From positions 63,105-127,104 of the forward strand of contig JAAVID010000003.1 in NCBI GenBank assembly GCA_014799395.1: DNA of 64,000 nucleotides. Direction: 5' to 3'. Every line of letters begins with the position of its first letter. The first letter of the stretch is position 1. The translations under genes and the position numbers were made by a program. Source of the stretch: Oscillospiraceae bacterium (GTDB lineage: Bacteria; Bacillota; Clostridia; Oscillospirales; Ruminococcaceae). Positions 1 through 8,705 of the stretch are shown in pieces. The notes under the pieces were generated by a model. The model was not told where the DNA came from and ran no database searches. It saw nothing but the letters and a program-made list of their open reading frames with translations.

Positions 1-213
1 AAGCCCTCTGTTAGCCCACTGTATCATCAGAGTGTGACCGTTCCCCAAATCAAACCACCGTTTCCTTTGAGGATCATTCAAATATTCTTGCTCTGCTGAA
101 TTGAAGTCCTTTAAGAACGCCTCCCACTCGGCATTGCGCTTTATTTGGCGTTCTCTTTCTTCATTGCAATACTTTTTTATTTCTTCAAGCTCTTCAAGTT
201 CTTCTGTTGTCAT
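1..213 (-). CDS. Hypothetical phage protein, runs off window (MTTEELEELEEIKKYCNEE...)
   Basis: GGAGG RBS before ATG at 213; open frame to window edge; translated by hand. Confidence 0.6.
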   Translation of the reverse strand, partial: MTTEELEELEEIKKYCNEERERQIKRNAEWEAFLKDFNSAEQEYLNDPQRKRWFDLGNGHTLMIQWANRGL

Positions 214-268
214 TGCTTTTTTACCTCCAATATTAGGGCGGCGGTGCGCCGCCCGTTTATCCTTCTTA

Positions 269-436
269 TTACTTGCTAAAAACCTCGTTGTACCATCTCT
301 GACAGTCGCTCCAGCTCATTTTGATAGAGCCCGTAAGTCTTGCCTTTATCTGCATTTCTTTGTTCTCTGCCTTAATAATGCCGCGCGCAATCTGATCTTC
401 TACGCAAGCTGTAATCATTTCTTTTCTTGTCATCAT
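269..436 (-). CDS. Small hypothetical protein, 55 aa (MMTRKEMITACVEDQIARG...)
   Basis: AGGAGG RBS, ATG, stop at 269; below ORF-track cutoff. Confidence 0.65.
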   Translation of the reverse strand: MMTRKEMITACVEDQIARGIIKAENKEMQIKARLTGSIKMSWSDCQRWYNEVFSK

Positions 437-524
437 TGTTATTTCCTCCTGCCTTTTGGTTGTTTCCCTTTCTGTAATTTTATTATATCATATACGCATG
501 TAAAAGATATCGAGCAAAACAAAT

Positions 525-558
525 AAAATCGTCCCCGCAGAATTACGGGGGCGATTTT
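525..558. terminator. Bidirectional intrinsic terminator after the six-gene cassette
   Basis: aaaatcgtccccg...cgggggcgatttt inverted repeat with A/T tails. Confidence 0.75.
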
Positions 559-615
559 CGATTATTATACATTAAGTAATAATCAAGTTGCCGGCAAATT
601 AAAAATAATTCGCTG

Positions 616-1167
616 TCAAACCTTTTCGGCTTTTTTCTTGTACTTCTTGTGCAGCTTGCTCTGCTGTTCCTGAATAAACTCGATTGAGAAATCGACGGAT
701 TTCAAGGTGAGCAGCATACGCTCGGCGCGCTTGAGCTCTTCCTCGGTTTCGCAAAGCCGCTCGCTGATCTCGCATACAGCCGCGTAATCGCCGAGCTCGC
801 CGAGTTCCTTTACAGCCTCATTCAGGAACGCGCAAACACTGCGTTCCCACTCGACCCACTTTTCAAATCCCGTCTTAACGCCCTTTTTGACGTCGGCGGA
901 AGTGACCTCGCTGCGCTTGTAGCCGTACCAGTCTTTCGGGATCGCTCTCGAGTACTCTCCGCTTTCGGGGAGCAGTTTCTGATAGCGGTTCATATAGTAA
1001 CCGTGAAGTTTGCGGTTACACTCGCTCTCGCATTTGCAGTGATATTCGTGCAGGCGCTTGTAGCCGTGAAGGTTCAGAAAATCAAAATACTGCACCATGT
1101 CGTTATGGAACATTATACCGTTAAGGTAGGCATTGGCGATTTTGGAAAATATTTCCTCACAAGTCAT
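616..1167 (-). CDS. Ferritin-like four-helix-bundle protein
   Basis: Helical, with spaced E/H ligand-like residues (GIMFH, RLHEYH..E, WVEWE, ETEEEL). Confidence 0.6.
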   Translation of the reverse strand: MTCEEIFSKIANAYLNGIMFHNDMVQYFDFLNLHGYKRLHEYHCKCESECNRKLHGYYMNRYQKLLPESGEYSRAIPKDWYGYKRSEVTSADVKKGVKTGFEKWVEWERSVCAFLNEAVKELGELGDYAAVCEISERLCETEEELKRAERMLLTLKSVDFSIEFIQEQQSKLHKKYKKKAEKV

Positions 1168-1179
1168 AGGCGACCTCCG

Positions 1180-1584
1180 TTATACCTTGGTCACGACAAC
1201 GCCGATATTATTTACAGTCGCCTCCGCTTCGGTCAAAACGAACGTCAGCGTTGAAGAACTGTTGCAGCACTGAAGACGTACAAGCGCGGGAATAGAGAGA
1301 TTGACCGCCGTATCCGCCGCCGCAACGGTCGCCGAGGCGGTCGCTCCGGGAATCGCCACACCGTCGCAGAGCAGCGAAACGGTGACAGTTCCCGCCGCCG
1401 TCGGAGTAAGCGTTATAGACGCGTCTACATCATAGTAGCCCGAGCCGCTCATTATGATACCGTTACCCGAGAGGTTGATATTGTTTCCGAAACGGCGGAT
1501 AATGGTGCCGAGAGGGATTGTACTGCCGACCGCGACAGTCGTCGCAGTGGCATTTGCCGTATAGATAGCAGATTTACAAGACAT
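1180..1584 (-). CDS. BclA C-terminal/C1q-like beta-sandwich protein
   Basis: Beta-rich Thr/Ala/Val pattern; GTIIRRFG..INLSGNGI...GYYDVDASIT. Confidence 0.55.
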   Translation of the reverse strand: MSCKSAIYTANATATTVAVGSTIPLGTIIRRFGNNINLSGNGIIMSGSGYYDVDASITLTPTAAGTVTVSLLCDGVAIPGATASATVAAADTAVNLSIPALVRLQCCNSSSTLTFVLTEAEATVNNIGVVVTKV

Positions 1585-1665
1585 ATTATCATTTCCTTTC
1601 TTAACAAGAACGGCGGAGACTTCTGCCCCCGCCGTTGAGTTTTAATACCCGGTCGAGATCAGACC

Positions 1666-2316
1666 TTAGATGTTGGCAAAGCCGACGTTATTGCCGTTGC
1701 AGCAACTGTTGCAAAACGGGCTTGTACCTGCGTTATACGACATCGAATTGGGATAACGTACTACGCCGCACAGAGCGCTCTGGAGCTGGAGCTGATTGAT
1801 CTGGTTCTGCATCTGATTGATGCGGTCGTCCTTCATCTCCATACGCAGCCCGCAAATCGCGTCAAGAACCTTCTGGTTGCTTGCTACCGTAGTAGCGTTG
1901 ATCGATGCGGTATTCTGCGCTGCCTCGTAGCGTACCGCGTCAATATTGCGGTTTACCTCGCAGCAGCACTGCGATACCAGCGCCTCGATAGTGTTGAAGT
2001 TGCGGAGCGTCTCGTAACCGAGGTTACAAATGCCGTTGGAGAGCGTCATTGTCTGGTTCTGCTGCTGATCGTTCAGGCGACCAACCGCATTCTCCAGATT
2101 GTTGAAGTTCATGGCATTGCAGAGAGCGCTTTCGGTAACAACGTCCTGTCTGTTGTTACCACCGCCGAACCAACCGCCATTTCCGGTAAACAGTCCTCCA
2201 AGCAAAAGACCCCAGACAATACCGTTGTCTCCGAACATACCACCATAGCCATTTCCGTAGTTGTAACCGTTTCTGCCGGTGACCAAAGCAACATCGCTTG
2301 CCGATAATGCGTCCAT
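1666..2316 (-). CDS. Gly/Asn/Cys-rich protein (CCC motif, coiled coil, Cys-rich tail)
   Basis: Gly-rich hydrophobic N-terminus, QCCCE, NQINQLQLQ heptads, PFCNSCCNG tail; RBS supports ATG at 2316. Confidence 0.8.
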   Translation of the reverse strand: MDALSASDVALVTGRNGYNYGNGYGGMFGDNGIVWGLLLGGLFTGNGGWFGGGNNRQDVVTESALCNAMNFNNLENAVGRLNDQQQNQTMTLSNGICNLGYETLRNFNTIEALVSQCCCEVNRNIDAVRYEAAQNTASINATTVASNQKVLDAICGLRMEMKDDRINQMQNQINQLQLQSALCGVVRYPNSMSYNAGTSPFCNSCCNGNNVGFANI

Positions 2317-2384
2317 AAAGAAACACATCCTTTCAAAGATTTTTTATAATCAATCTTTGTGCGCACAAAAGATGGATTTCTTGG

Positions 2385-2681
2385 TTAATTAAAAGCAGCT
2401 ACTATAGCATCCGGGTCAACACCGTGCTGCCGTGCCGTCTGATAAAACAGCTCCTTCAGTGACATTCCAGAACTGTTCGCCGTTTGCATAAACTGTGCCA
2501 TTTGCGGATTATGCTGTGAAAGCATATTCATTACCGCCTGAGGATCGCGGCTATCATTTATCATGCTCGCCATTTTTTTGATCCTTTCAACCAATGTTCG
2601 GTCAATTGCGGGCTGTGTTGCCTGTTGAGCCTGCCGCTGCGGCTGTTGGTTGTTCACAATTTGCTGATACAGGCTGTTCAT
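2385..2681 (-). CDS. Gln/Met-rich small helical protein
   Basis: ORF track; RBS GGAAAGGAG; DPQAVMNML..NPQM..LFYQTARQHGVDP. Confidence 0.8.
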   Translation of the reverse strand: MNSLYQQIVNNQQPQRQAQQATQPAIDRTLVERIKKMASMINDSRDPQAVMNMLSQHNPQMAQFMQTANSSGMSLKELFYQTARQHGVDPDAIVAAFN

Positions 2682-2970
2682 TGTTCGCGCTCCTTTCCTC
2701 GATCAACGCTTTTAGTGCGTTGAATTCTTCGCGGCTTACAAAATTGGACATGTCAATATTCGCTGCCGGCTTTTCCTGCGGAACTATTTCCGTGTAGCGG
2801 AATGTCCGAAGCGTATACATACCAACGTTATCGCATATCTTGATGTAAAATATGCCCTCGTTTTCTCTGTCCATAAGAACGGCGTTTGTGTTCGGCATAA
2901 GCGGATACGCGTTTGCTCCCGCTATACCCTGCACCCAGTTGATGCCGCCCTGCTGCGGGTAATAATTCAT
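2602..2970 (-). CDS. Hypothetical cassette protein (MNYYPQQGGINWVQG...)
   Basis: GGGGTGAG RBS before ATG 2970; overlaps the next gene by 80 nt. Confidence 0.8.
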   Translation of the reverse strand: MNYYPQQGGINWVQGIAGANAYPLMPNTNAVLMDRENEGIFYIKICDNVGMYTLRTFRYTEIVPQEKPAANIDMSNFVSREEFNALKALIEERSANNEQPVSANCEQPTAAAAGSTGNTARN

Positions 2971-3069
2971 ATTCTCACCCCTCGAGTGTTTCATTTGATA
3001 ATCCCATTATAACGCAAAAAGAGGGCTCCCAACATGTGGGAAACCCTCTTAAATAATGCTTATATTCTG

Positions 3070-3279
3070 TTAGAAATCTGCTTTAATTCTGCGGATTTTC
3101 TTCCTTACGCTTTTCGAGAGCGCGTTTACCTTGCTTTCGCTCCAGAATTTTGCCGTTCCGATCTGGACGTGCGTTTTGTACTTTGCGCGCTCGTTGAAAT
3201 AGAAAAGCTCATCGGGCGTGAAATTGCACATCTCGCGGAACATATCAAGCTCGGGTTTGGTGAGTTCGTATATCTTCAT
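3070..3279 (-). CDS. Small LuxR/GerE- or sigma70-region-4-like HTH regulator
   Basis: 69 aa; FTPDE..YF..RAK.KTHVQI...WSESKVNALSKSVRKKI matches the stand-alone LuxR-type HTH layout. Confidence 0.65.
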   Translation of the reverse strand: MKIYELTKPELDMFREMCNFTPDELFYFNERAKYKTHVQIGTAKFWSESKVNALSKSVRKKIRRIKADF

Positions 3280-3286
3280 TGTGCGC

Positions 3287-4570
3287 TCACCCCTGAACGT
3301 CCTCGGCGTTTACCCAGCCGTACACAGTACAGCCTCCGCCCTCGTTGACAAGGTGAATAGGGTGCGCCGCGCCGTCAACAATGCGCGTGATCTTGGCTTT
3401 GCCGGGCTTGCACGCCGTTCCGCGCGTGGCGGTCGAGCCTGCATAGTGGGTTGTTCCCGTGAAGTTTACGGTATCGCCGACCTTTAACGCCGTAGGAGTA
3501 CTCGCCGTTGTGGGCGGCAGGATAAAGCCTTGGAACTTATACGCTCCAAAGTTGTAGCCGTCGCTTTTCTTGACGGTCGTTGTATAAAAGCGGCTGCCGC
3601 CGTAGGCGCTGTTTGAGGTCACGATATCGCCGTTAGACAATATCTGCTCTACGATTGCAACATGACCCGCGCCGTCGGCTTCGTTGCCGACAACGCCCTT
3701 GCTCCAGCAGATAACCGCACCGAGCGCGGGGATTTGCGAACGCTTATAGCCGTCCGCGGTATTGCCGTACCACATCTCGGCGTTGTTCTTACTTAATTTC
3801 GGCTTCTCGCCGATTATTTCGTAAAAACGCCCCCATGCGTAGCCTACGCAGTTCGGCAGCACCGAGCCGCCGTTGATCTCGATGCAGTCATTCAATCCGC
3901 CTTTGGTCGACTTTATCCAGTGCTTGTCCGCAGCGGACGGCGCTGTCAGGCGCGGAGAGAATTTCGCGCTCGCAGTACCGCTTGTCGTGCTGACAGTACC
4001 ATAAGATTTGACCTTATCCCTAAACCAGTTCATATCCTTCCCGAACTTGGAAAGCCAGTTCTCGGGATCGCCGTGATTACTTGCGTAACCGCGAGCGCAA
4101 GCCTCTTTGTGGGAAACAATATTCTCGAGCTTGATCGACGGATAAGTCTGCATAAGCTCCGCGCAGAACTGCGCCGCCAGATCGAACGCCGCCTCAAAAT
4201 AAGACTTGTCCGTAAGCCCGTCCTCGCAGATCTCAAACTGAATATGTGTATCATTATAGCTGCCGTTTTTGCCCGGGCCGCAGCCCCAGCAACGCATATT
4301 AAACGGAAGCACCTGCGCGAGAGCGACCTTGCCGCTTTTGTCTTTTCCGATCGCCGCGTGAGGTATTCCGTTCTTCTCCTGCTCCTCGACCGTGCCTGTA
4401 CCCCAATAATTTTTGTAAATATTCTCGCCGAGCTGCGCGGGAGAATTTACATAGCGTTTAAGATTGGGATTGTTCGCGCCCGTGCTATGTACGACAATAC
4501 CCGACGGCGAGATCGTTTTCCCCGCCTTGTAGCACTCGCTCCATGTTGCATATGCCTTGATGATCTCCAT
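3287..4570 (-). CDS. Endolysin: amidase_2 + CHAP + C-terminal cell-wall-binding domain
   Basis: IVVHSTG, HIQFEICED, SHKE..HGDP amidase motifs; NCVGYAWGRF..GHVAIVE CHAP motifs. Confidence 0.92.
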   Translation of the reverse strand: MEIIKAYATWSECYKAGKTISPSGIVVHSTGANNPNLKRYVNSPAQLGENIYKNYWGTGTVEEQEKNGIPHAAIGKDKSGKVALAQVLPFNMRCWGCGPGKNGSYNDTHIQFEICEDGLTDKSYFEAAFDLAAQFCAELMQTYPSIKLENIVSHKEACARGYASNHGDPENWLSKFGKDMNWFRDKVKSYGTVSTTSGTASAKFSPRLTAPSAADKHWIKSTKGGLNDCIEINGGSVLPNCVGYAWGRFYEIIGEKPKLSKNNAEMWYGNTADGYKRSQIPALGAVICWSKGVVGNEADGAGHVAIVEQILSNGDIVTSNSAYGGSRFYTTTVKKSDGYNFGAYKFQGFILPPTTASTPTALKVGDTVNFTGTTHYAGSTATRGTACKPGKAKITRIVDGAAHPIHLVNEGGGCTVYGWVNAEDVQG

Positions 4571-4583
4571 AAAATCACACTCC

Positions 4584-4889
4584 TTACGAAATAATGATAC
4601 CTTCGCTGTTAAGCTGCTTGACTGCCGCTTCGATAGCCGCGTTCACACTGTCTGTGTCTACGGTAAAACCATTCTTGGCGAGAAAATCAAGCACATACTG
4701 TTTCTTGTCCGCGCCTTTGCCCGAGCCTTTATAGATCTGTTCCGCTGCGGAAACGGCGATCTTTACCCATGCGACAAGCTCCTCGCGCTGCTGTGCGGTG
4801 GTCTTGGACTTTATCCACGGGATAAGAAACGTGCTCACAATAGCCGCGATCAGTGCGATAACGGCGTTTATAATTACTGTAATGTTCAT
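4584..4889 (-). CDS. Holin (LL-H-like)
   Basis: N-terminal TM helix, AVSAAEQ..G.G..KK.YV, IEAAV pattern; next to endolysin. Confidence 0.8.
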   Translation of the reverse strand: MNITVIINAVIALIAAIVSTFLIPWIKSKTTAQQREELVAWVKIAVSAAEQIYKGSGKGADKKQYVLDFLAKNGFTVDTDSVNAAIEAAVKQLNSEGIIIS

Positions 4890-4899
4890 TTGATACCTC

Positions 4900-5298
4900 C
4901 TATATATTGTTTATGTTGTTTAAATCAACGGAAATCCCCTCTGTTTCCTCGGGGTTGTCCTTTTTGATTTTAACAATATTCTCCGCTTTTGCTTTCCAAC
5001 AATAAAAGCCTATCGCGGCGGCTGTGGGCGTTCCTATGTATGCCAATAATACGCCGAGCTGCGAAAAGTCAATCAACGATACTTTCACGCCGATAAAAAC
5101 GCCCACAAAATAGGTCAACAAAACAAATGTAAGCACAATTTTTGAAAATTCGAGCTTACGCGGGGATTTTAATTTATTTACGGCGGTCTGCTTCCCCTGC
5201 TTTTTGTTTCCCGAATTGGCGATCAAAAACATAATAAGCACCGCCGCCAAGCCGCCAATAACAAGCGCCATAAGCGCTATGATAATATATAACGCCAT
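4900..5298 (-). CDS. Membrane protein in lysis module
   Basis: Three hydrophobic segments; FYCWKAKAEN motif. Confidence 0.7.
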   Translation of the reverse strand: MALYIIIALMALVIGGLAAVLIMFLIANSGNKKQGKQTAVNKLKSPRKLEFSKIVLTFVLLTYFVGVFIGVKVSLIDFSQLGVLLAYIGTPTAAAIGFYCWKAKAENIVKIKKDNPEETEGISVDLNNINNI

Positions 5299-5311
5299 TT
5301 CAAACGCCTCC

Positions 5312-5542
5312 TTAATGTCCTTTGTGATACTGCTTGAGCTCGTTGACATCCTTTTCGATGTCGTCAAGGCGCTGTTCCACAAGCGGCATTCTCCGCGCGA
5401 ATTTGTTGTGTTCCTCGACCTTTTTTTCGAGCTGCTCGATACGGTACGCCGTCAGCTTTGACGACACCACGATACCGCCCAGAGAGCCGCCGAGCGTTCC
5501 GATAAGCGATAATACCGCAACTATGATCGCTGTGAAGTCCAT
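5312..5542 (-). CDS. Holin-like TM + coiled-coil protein
   Basis: N-terminal TM then YRIEQLEKKVEEHN. Confidence 0.7.
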   Translation of the reverse strand: MDFTAIIVAVLSLIGTLGGSLGGIVVSSKLTAYRIEQLEKKVEEHNKFARRMPLVEQRLDDIEKDVNELKQYHKGH

Positions 5543-5556
5543 TCCATCACCCCCAC

Positions 5557-6288
5557 TCAAATATGAATATGCTCGATATCAAACGATTTCACGGGGACAG
5601 CGAACATAGACGGCTTAGTGGTTACGGTATTATTCGCCCCCGCTTTTAAAGTCGAAAAGCCGACATATTTTTTATCCCCGTGCAAAAGCTCGATATAATG
5701 TACGCGGTTAGGAACGGACTGCGCAAAGTACAAAGACTTCGGCAGAACCGCGAGATTTGTTTTAGGCTGTTTGCCAAAGCACCACGGAGCGCCCACGCTT
5801 TCCAATACATTTGGAAACATTCGGGAAGCCGTGGCGGTGTCGTCAAGCAGAGTTGCGGGAGACTCGGCGGTATTCGTGTTGACCATACCCCAGATGATGT
5901 ATTCGCTTCCGTCCTCGTATTTTCCCCATATCACATTAAATCCGTATGACGTTTCGTTAGTAACATCCGTTCTGAAACCTAATGCAACAGTGCCGCGGTC
6001 TTCGGCTTCCAGAATATCAATGAAACTATATCCCGAGCCAATGTTCCACACCTGGCTTAATGCCGTGTATGTCGTTTTGCTGTTACCGACTTTTATTGTC
6101 TCGGCAGATGAGTTTGCTGTGGGCGCAAATTCAAAAAACATCTCACCGTGCGTAAAGCGGGCAGTTTTTCCATCGTCGTCAAACGTATACTCCCATTCGC
6201 TTCCAAGCTCATCCGCCAGCCTGTCAAAAAGCGGTTTTGCGGCAGAGATGCCACTGCCCGATGATGGCTTAAATTCCAAAGTTTTCAT
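5557..6288 (-). CDS. Hypothetical distal tail / receptor-binding candidate
   Basis: Last gene of tail module, beta-rich. Confidence 0.5.
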   Translation of the reverse strand: MKTLEFKPSSGSGISAAKPLFDRLADELGSEWEYTFDDDGKTARFTHGEMFFEFAPTANSSAETIKVGNSKTTYTALSQVWNIGSGYSFIDILEAEDRGTVALGFRTDVTNETSYGFNVIWGKYEDGSEYIIWGMVNTNTAESPATLLDDTATASRMFPNVLESVGAPWCFGKQPKTNLAVLPKSLYFAQSVPNRVHYIELLHGDKKYVGFSTLKAGANNTVTTKPSMFAVPVKSFDIEHIHI

Positions 6289-6292
6289 TTTA

Positions 6293-6670
6293 TCATACCT
6301 CCATTGTCTCTGCCGATTCCGTCAAGAAAACGGGATCGGGCAGGATAAGTCCCATTACCGCACCGTTCATGAACATCGCGCCGCCACCGTCCGCAGACCG
6401 TGACGGCTGTTTAAAATTTACGCCCGAATAGTCCGTGCCCGTGCACTGCACGCGCCCCGTTCCGAGAAGATACAGCGAACCGTGCGTGTCAAACACGACC
6501 TCGCCCGAGCCGCCCGCTATCTCGGCTACGCCGTCGGCTTCCGCCGTTATGCCCGGGGAAGCGCTCGCGTAAATGATACCCGCGCCGAGATTTTTGACGA
6601 TGACATTCTGTCCGCCTATCTCGACTTTAGTTTCGCTGCCGTCGAGGGTTATTGTTTTGATGTCGCTCAT
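6293..6670 (-). CDS. Hypothetical tail-associated protein
   Basis: ORF track; position in tail module. Confidence 0.6.
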   Translation of the reverse strand: MSDIKTITLDGSETKVEIGGQNVIVKNLGAGIIYASASPGITAEADGVAEIAGGSGEVVFDTHGSLYLLGTGRVQCTGTDYSGVNFKQPSRSADGGGAMFMNGAVMGLILPDPVFLTESAETMEV

Positions 6671-8316
6671 GTTTCCTCCTGTTCAAATGCTACTTTTTTG
6701 CCATTTAGCGTTATCGAACTGTTTGACGTGCTGACCTCAAGTATTCCACCGCTTCCTCTATACCGAAGAACGGAGGGGTCAACAACAAATATCTCCACAC
6801 CGTTTTTATCACAAATGGTTAAATTCCCGTTGTCACGGAGCTTGATTTTCGCGCCTTTTCGGTTGATCTCAATATAATCATTCGCGAATGCCGCAGAATT
6901 TTCACCGCTTTTAAAATAAAACTGATCGCCGTAATCGATCTTCTGCACCGAGAACATTTCTTTCCCTTTGTCGTCCAGCGCCACGATTTTTGTCGGATCA
7001 TTCCATTTGAGCACATACGGAGCGCCGAAATTGCCGACAAGTTTTGTCGCGTCGGTTTTGCCTTGCAGTTCCTTTCTCGACTGATCTTTCGGCGGCAGAT
7101 AGTTCAGTTCGTCGGTCGAACGCGCGGAAAACACGCTCACCGCGCTTGCTAGGTTTTCGCCCTCCTGGTCCTCGCCGTCAAAAACTATAGGCACGGAACC
7201 CGCATTCGCTATGACCTGGTGTCCGTGATACACCCATGTGTTATGGGTAATAATTCCTATAAATTTGCCGATATTGGACGACCTTTTGATAGCGCCGCCC
7301 TCCATACAGACGGTGTCTCCGACATCAAGCGCGGGGTCTTGTGCGATCTCGGCACTGAACGGGTAAAAATACGCTCCCGACAGTTCTCTTAATATCGCCG
7401 AAAGAATATCCGCAAGCGGCGTTTCGCTGTCCATTATCAGAGGGTTTTGCTCAAGCTCAACGGTAACTTGCGTGTCCGAGCTTTTGTCAAAGTCGTACCG
7501 CTTTGTTACCAGTACTCCGTCCGCGCCGCGCATAGTAACGCCCGAAATATGTACGCGGTCGTCCGAAAACGTTATGCTGTATCTTTCCGAGCCGCCAATT
7601 GTCCGCGCGGTAAGATACCCAAGGTCGCCCTCCGTCGTTCCGTGCGTTTTTATCTGTACGAATTCCAAGGCTCCCCATCGGTTCACGCGCGCAAAACAGC
7701 CCATTATCTGAGCTATCCACATAATAGCGTCGCGGGCAATCTCTATCTGCTCCGAATCGAAGTTCAGCGGCAGGTCGGAATTTGGGAATTTCGCCAAATC
7801 CCCCGTATCTTGAGCAAATGAAAGTAAACCAACATTGCACAAGTACTGTGCAGCTTCCCAGGCGGTCTTGCCTTTAAGGTCTCGGCGCATTACCGCCGTG
7901 AGCTCATAGTGCAGCAATATCATTCCGTCGTATGCCTTGAAGCCGATATTATTTCCCTCGCGGCTTATCGACATACTGTCGATAAAGAATTTACCCATAG
8001 GTATATCTTCGTATTTATCGCTTGGCAGCTTTAACCCCGTGTACACCCACAGTCTCGCGCCCGAAAATATGTGTGTATCTATTGTCGGACTTTTTACGGT
8101 CATTGTGAGCATTTTTGAAGTCGCGGCGCCAATATCAATAGTGTTGCTTGACGCACTGCCCGACATTGCCTGACTCGTTATAGTAACATCACCGATAATG
8201 TGACTGTCGGTCAGCCTTAAAATCGTGTCATCGCGCAGGTAAATGTTTGCCTGCATTCTGAATTTTCGCGATCTTTCGGCTATCGCGGTTTTATATTCCG
8301 CGCTTACCTTATACAA
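6667..8316 (-). CDS. Tail protein (baseplate hub/Tal-like)
   Basis: IDIGAATSK.L, IPMGKFFI, AYDGM, EIAQDPALDVGD motifs typical of Firmicutes phage tail proteins. Confidence 0.75.
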   Translation of the reverse strand: MYKVSAEYKTAIAERSRKFRMQANIYLRDDTILRLTDSHIIGDVTITSQAMSGSASSNTIDIGAATSKMLTMTVKSPTIDTHIFSGARLWVYTGLKLPSDKYEDIPMGKFFIDSMSISREGNNIGFKAYDGMILLHYELTAVMRRDLKGKTAWEAAQYLCNVGLLSFAQDTGDLAKFPNSDLPLNFDSEQIEIARDAIMWIAQIMGCFARVNRWGALEFVQIKTHGTTEGDLGYLTARTIGGSERYSITFSDDRVHISGVTMRGADGVLVTKRYDFDKSSDTQVTVELEQNPLIMDSETPLADILSAILRELSGAYFYPFSAEIAQDPALDVGDTVCMEGGAIKRSSNIGKFIGIITHNTWVYHGHQVIANAGSVPIVFDGEDQEGENLASAVSVFSARSTDELNYLPPKDQSRKELQGKTDATKLVGNFGAPYVLKWNDPTKIVALDDKGKEMFSVQKIDYGDQFYFKSGENSAAFANDYIEINRKGAKIKLRDNGNLTICDKNGVEIFVVDPSVLRYRGSGGILEVSTSNSSITLNGKKVAFEQEET

Positions 8317-8703
8317 CTATGTCACCTCCGAGTCTTCGATCTGCGTAAACGTCACACTGACATTCCAGCGGTTGTATTTTTCGGTATTCGGCTTTGTTTC
8401 GCTTTTGAGGAGTTCGCACTCCAGGTCGCCCGCAGTCACCCAAACGGTGATATATCGTCCGCGCCAATAGGTAAGTTGGAATTTGTCATAAGCGGTCAGC
8501 ACACCCATAAGCACAGAGTACTCATTCAGACTGAGCTCCGCGAATTTGACCGAGATAACGGCTTTATAATCGCTGAGGTAATCAAGGATACGATCACCGT
8601 TTTCGGCAGTTCCCGCACCCTTTCCCTCGGTTCTCGTAAGGGTAACATTAAAGTCCTGTATCTTTGTCAGCGACATTCTGCCGATTTTGAGCAATGTTAT
8701 CAC
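8317..8703 (-). CDS. Distal tail (Dit-like) protein
   Basis: 128 aa directly after TMP; RWNVSVTFTQ C-terminus. Confidence 0.6.
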   Translation of the reverse strand: MITLLKIGRMSLTKIQDFNVTLTRTEGKGAGTAENGDRILDYLSDYKAVISVKFAELSLNEYSVLMGVLTAYDKFQLTYWRGRYITVWVTAGDLECELLKSETKPNTEKYNRWNVSVTFTQIEDSEVT

Positions 8704-8705
8704 AT

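Noticed and set aside
101-526. 141-aa + strand ORF
   Set aside because: Antisense shadow of two - strand ORFs that have good RBSs; no RBS or plausible composition.
1-600. Left att site / 3' half of asnB
   Set aside because: No IFGGYP-like frame or att match seen; phage-like ORFs continue to the window edge.
5557-8316. Diversity-generating retroelement or tail-fibre shufflon
   Set aside because: No reverse transcriptase, no TR/VR pair and no inverted crossover repeats found.
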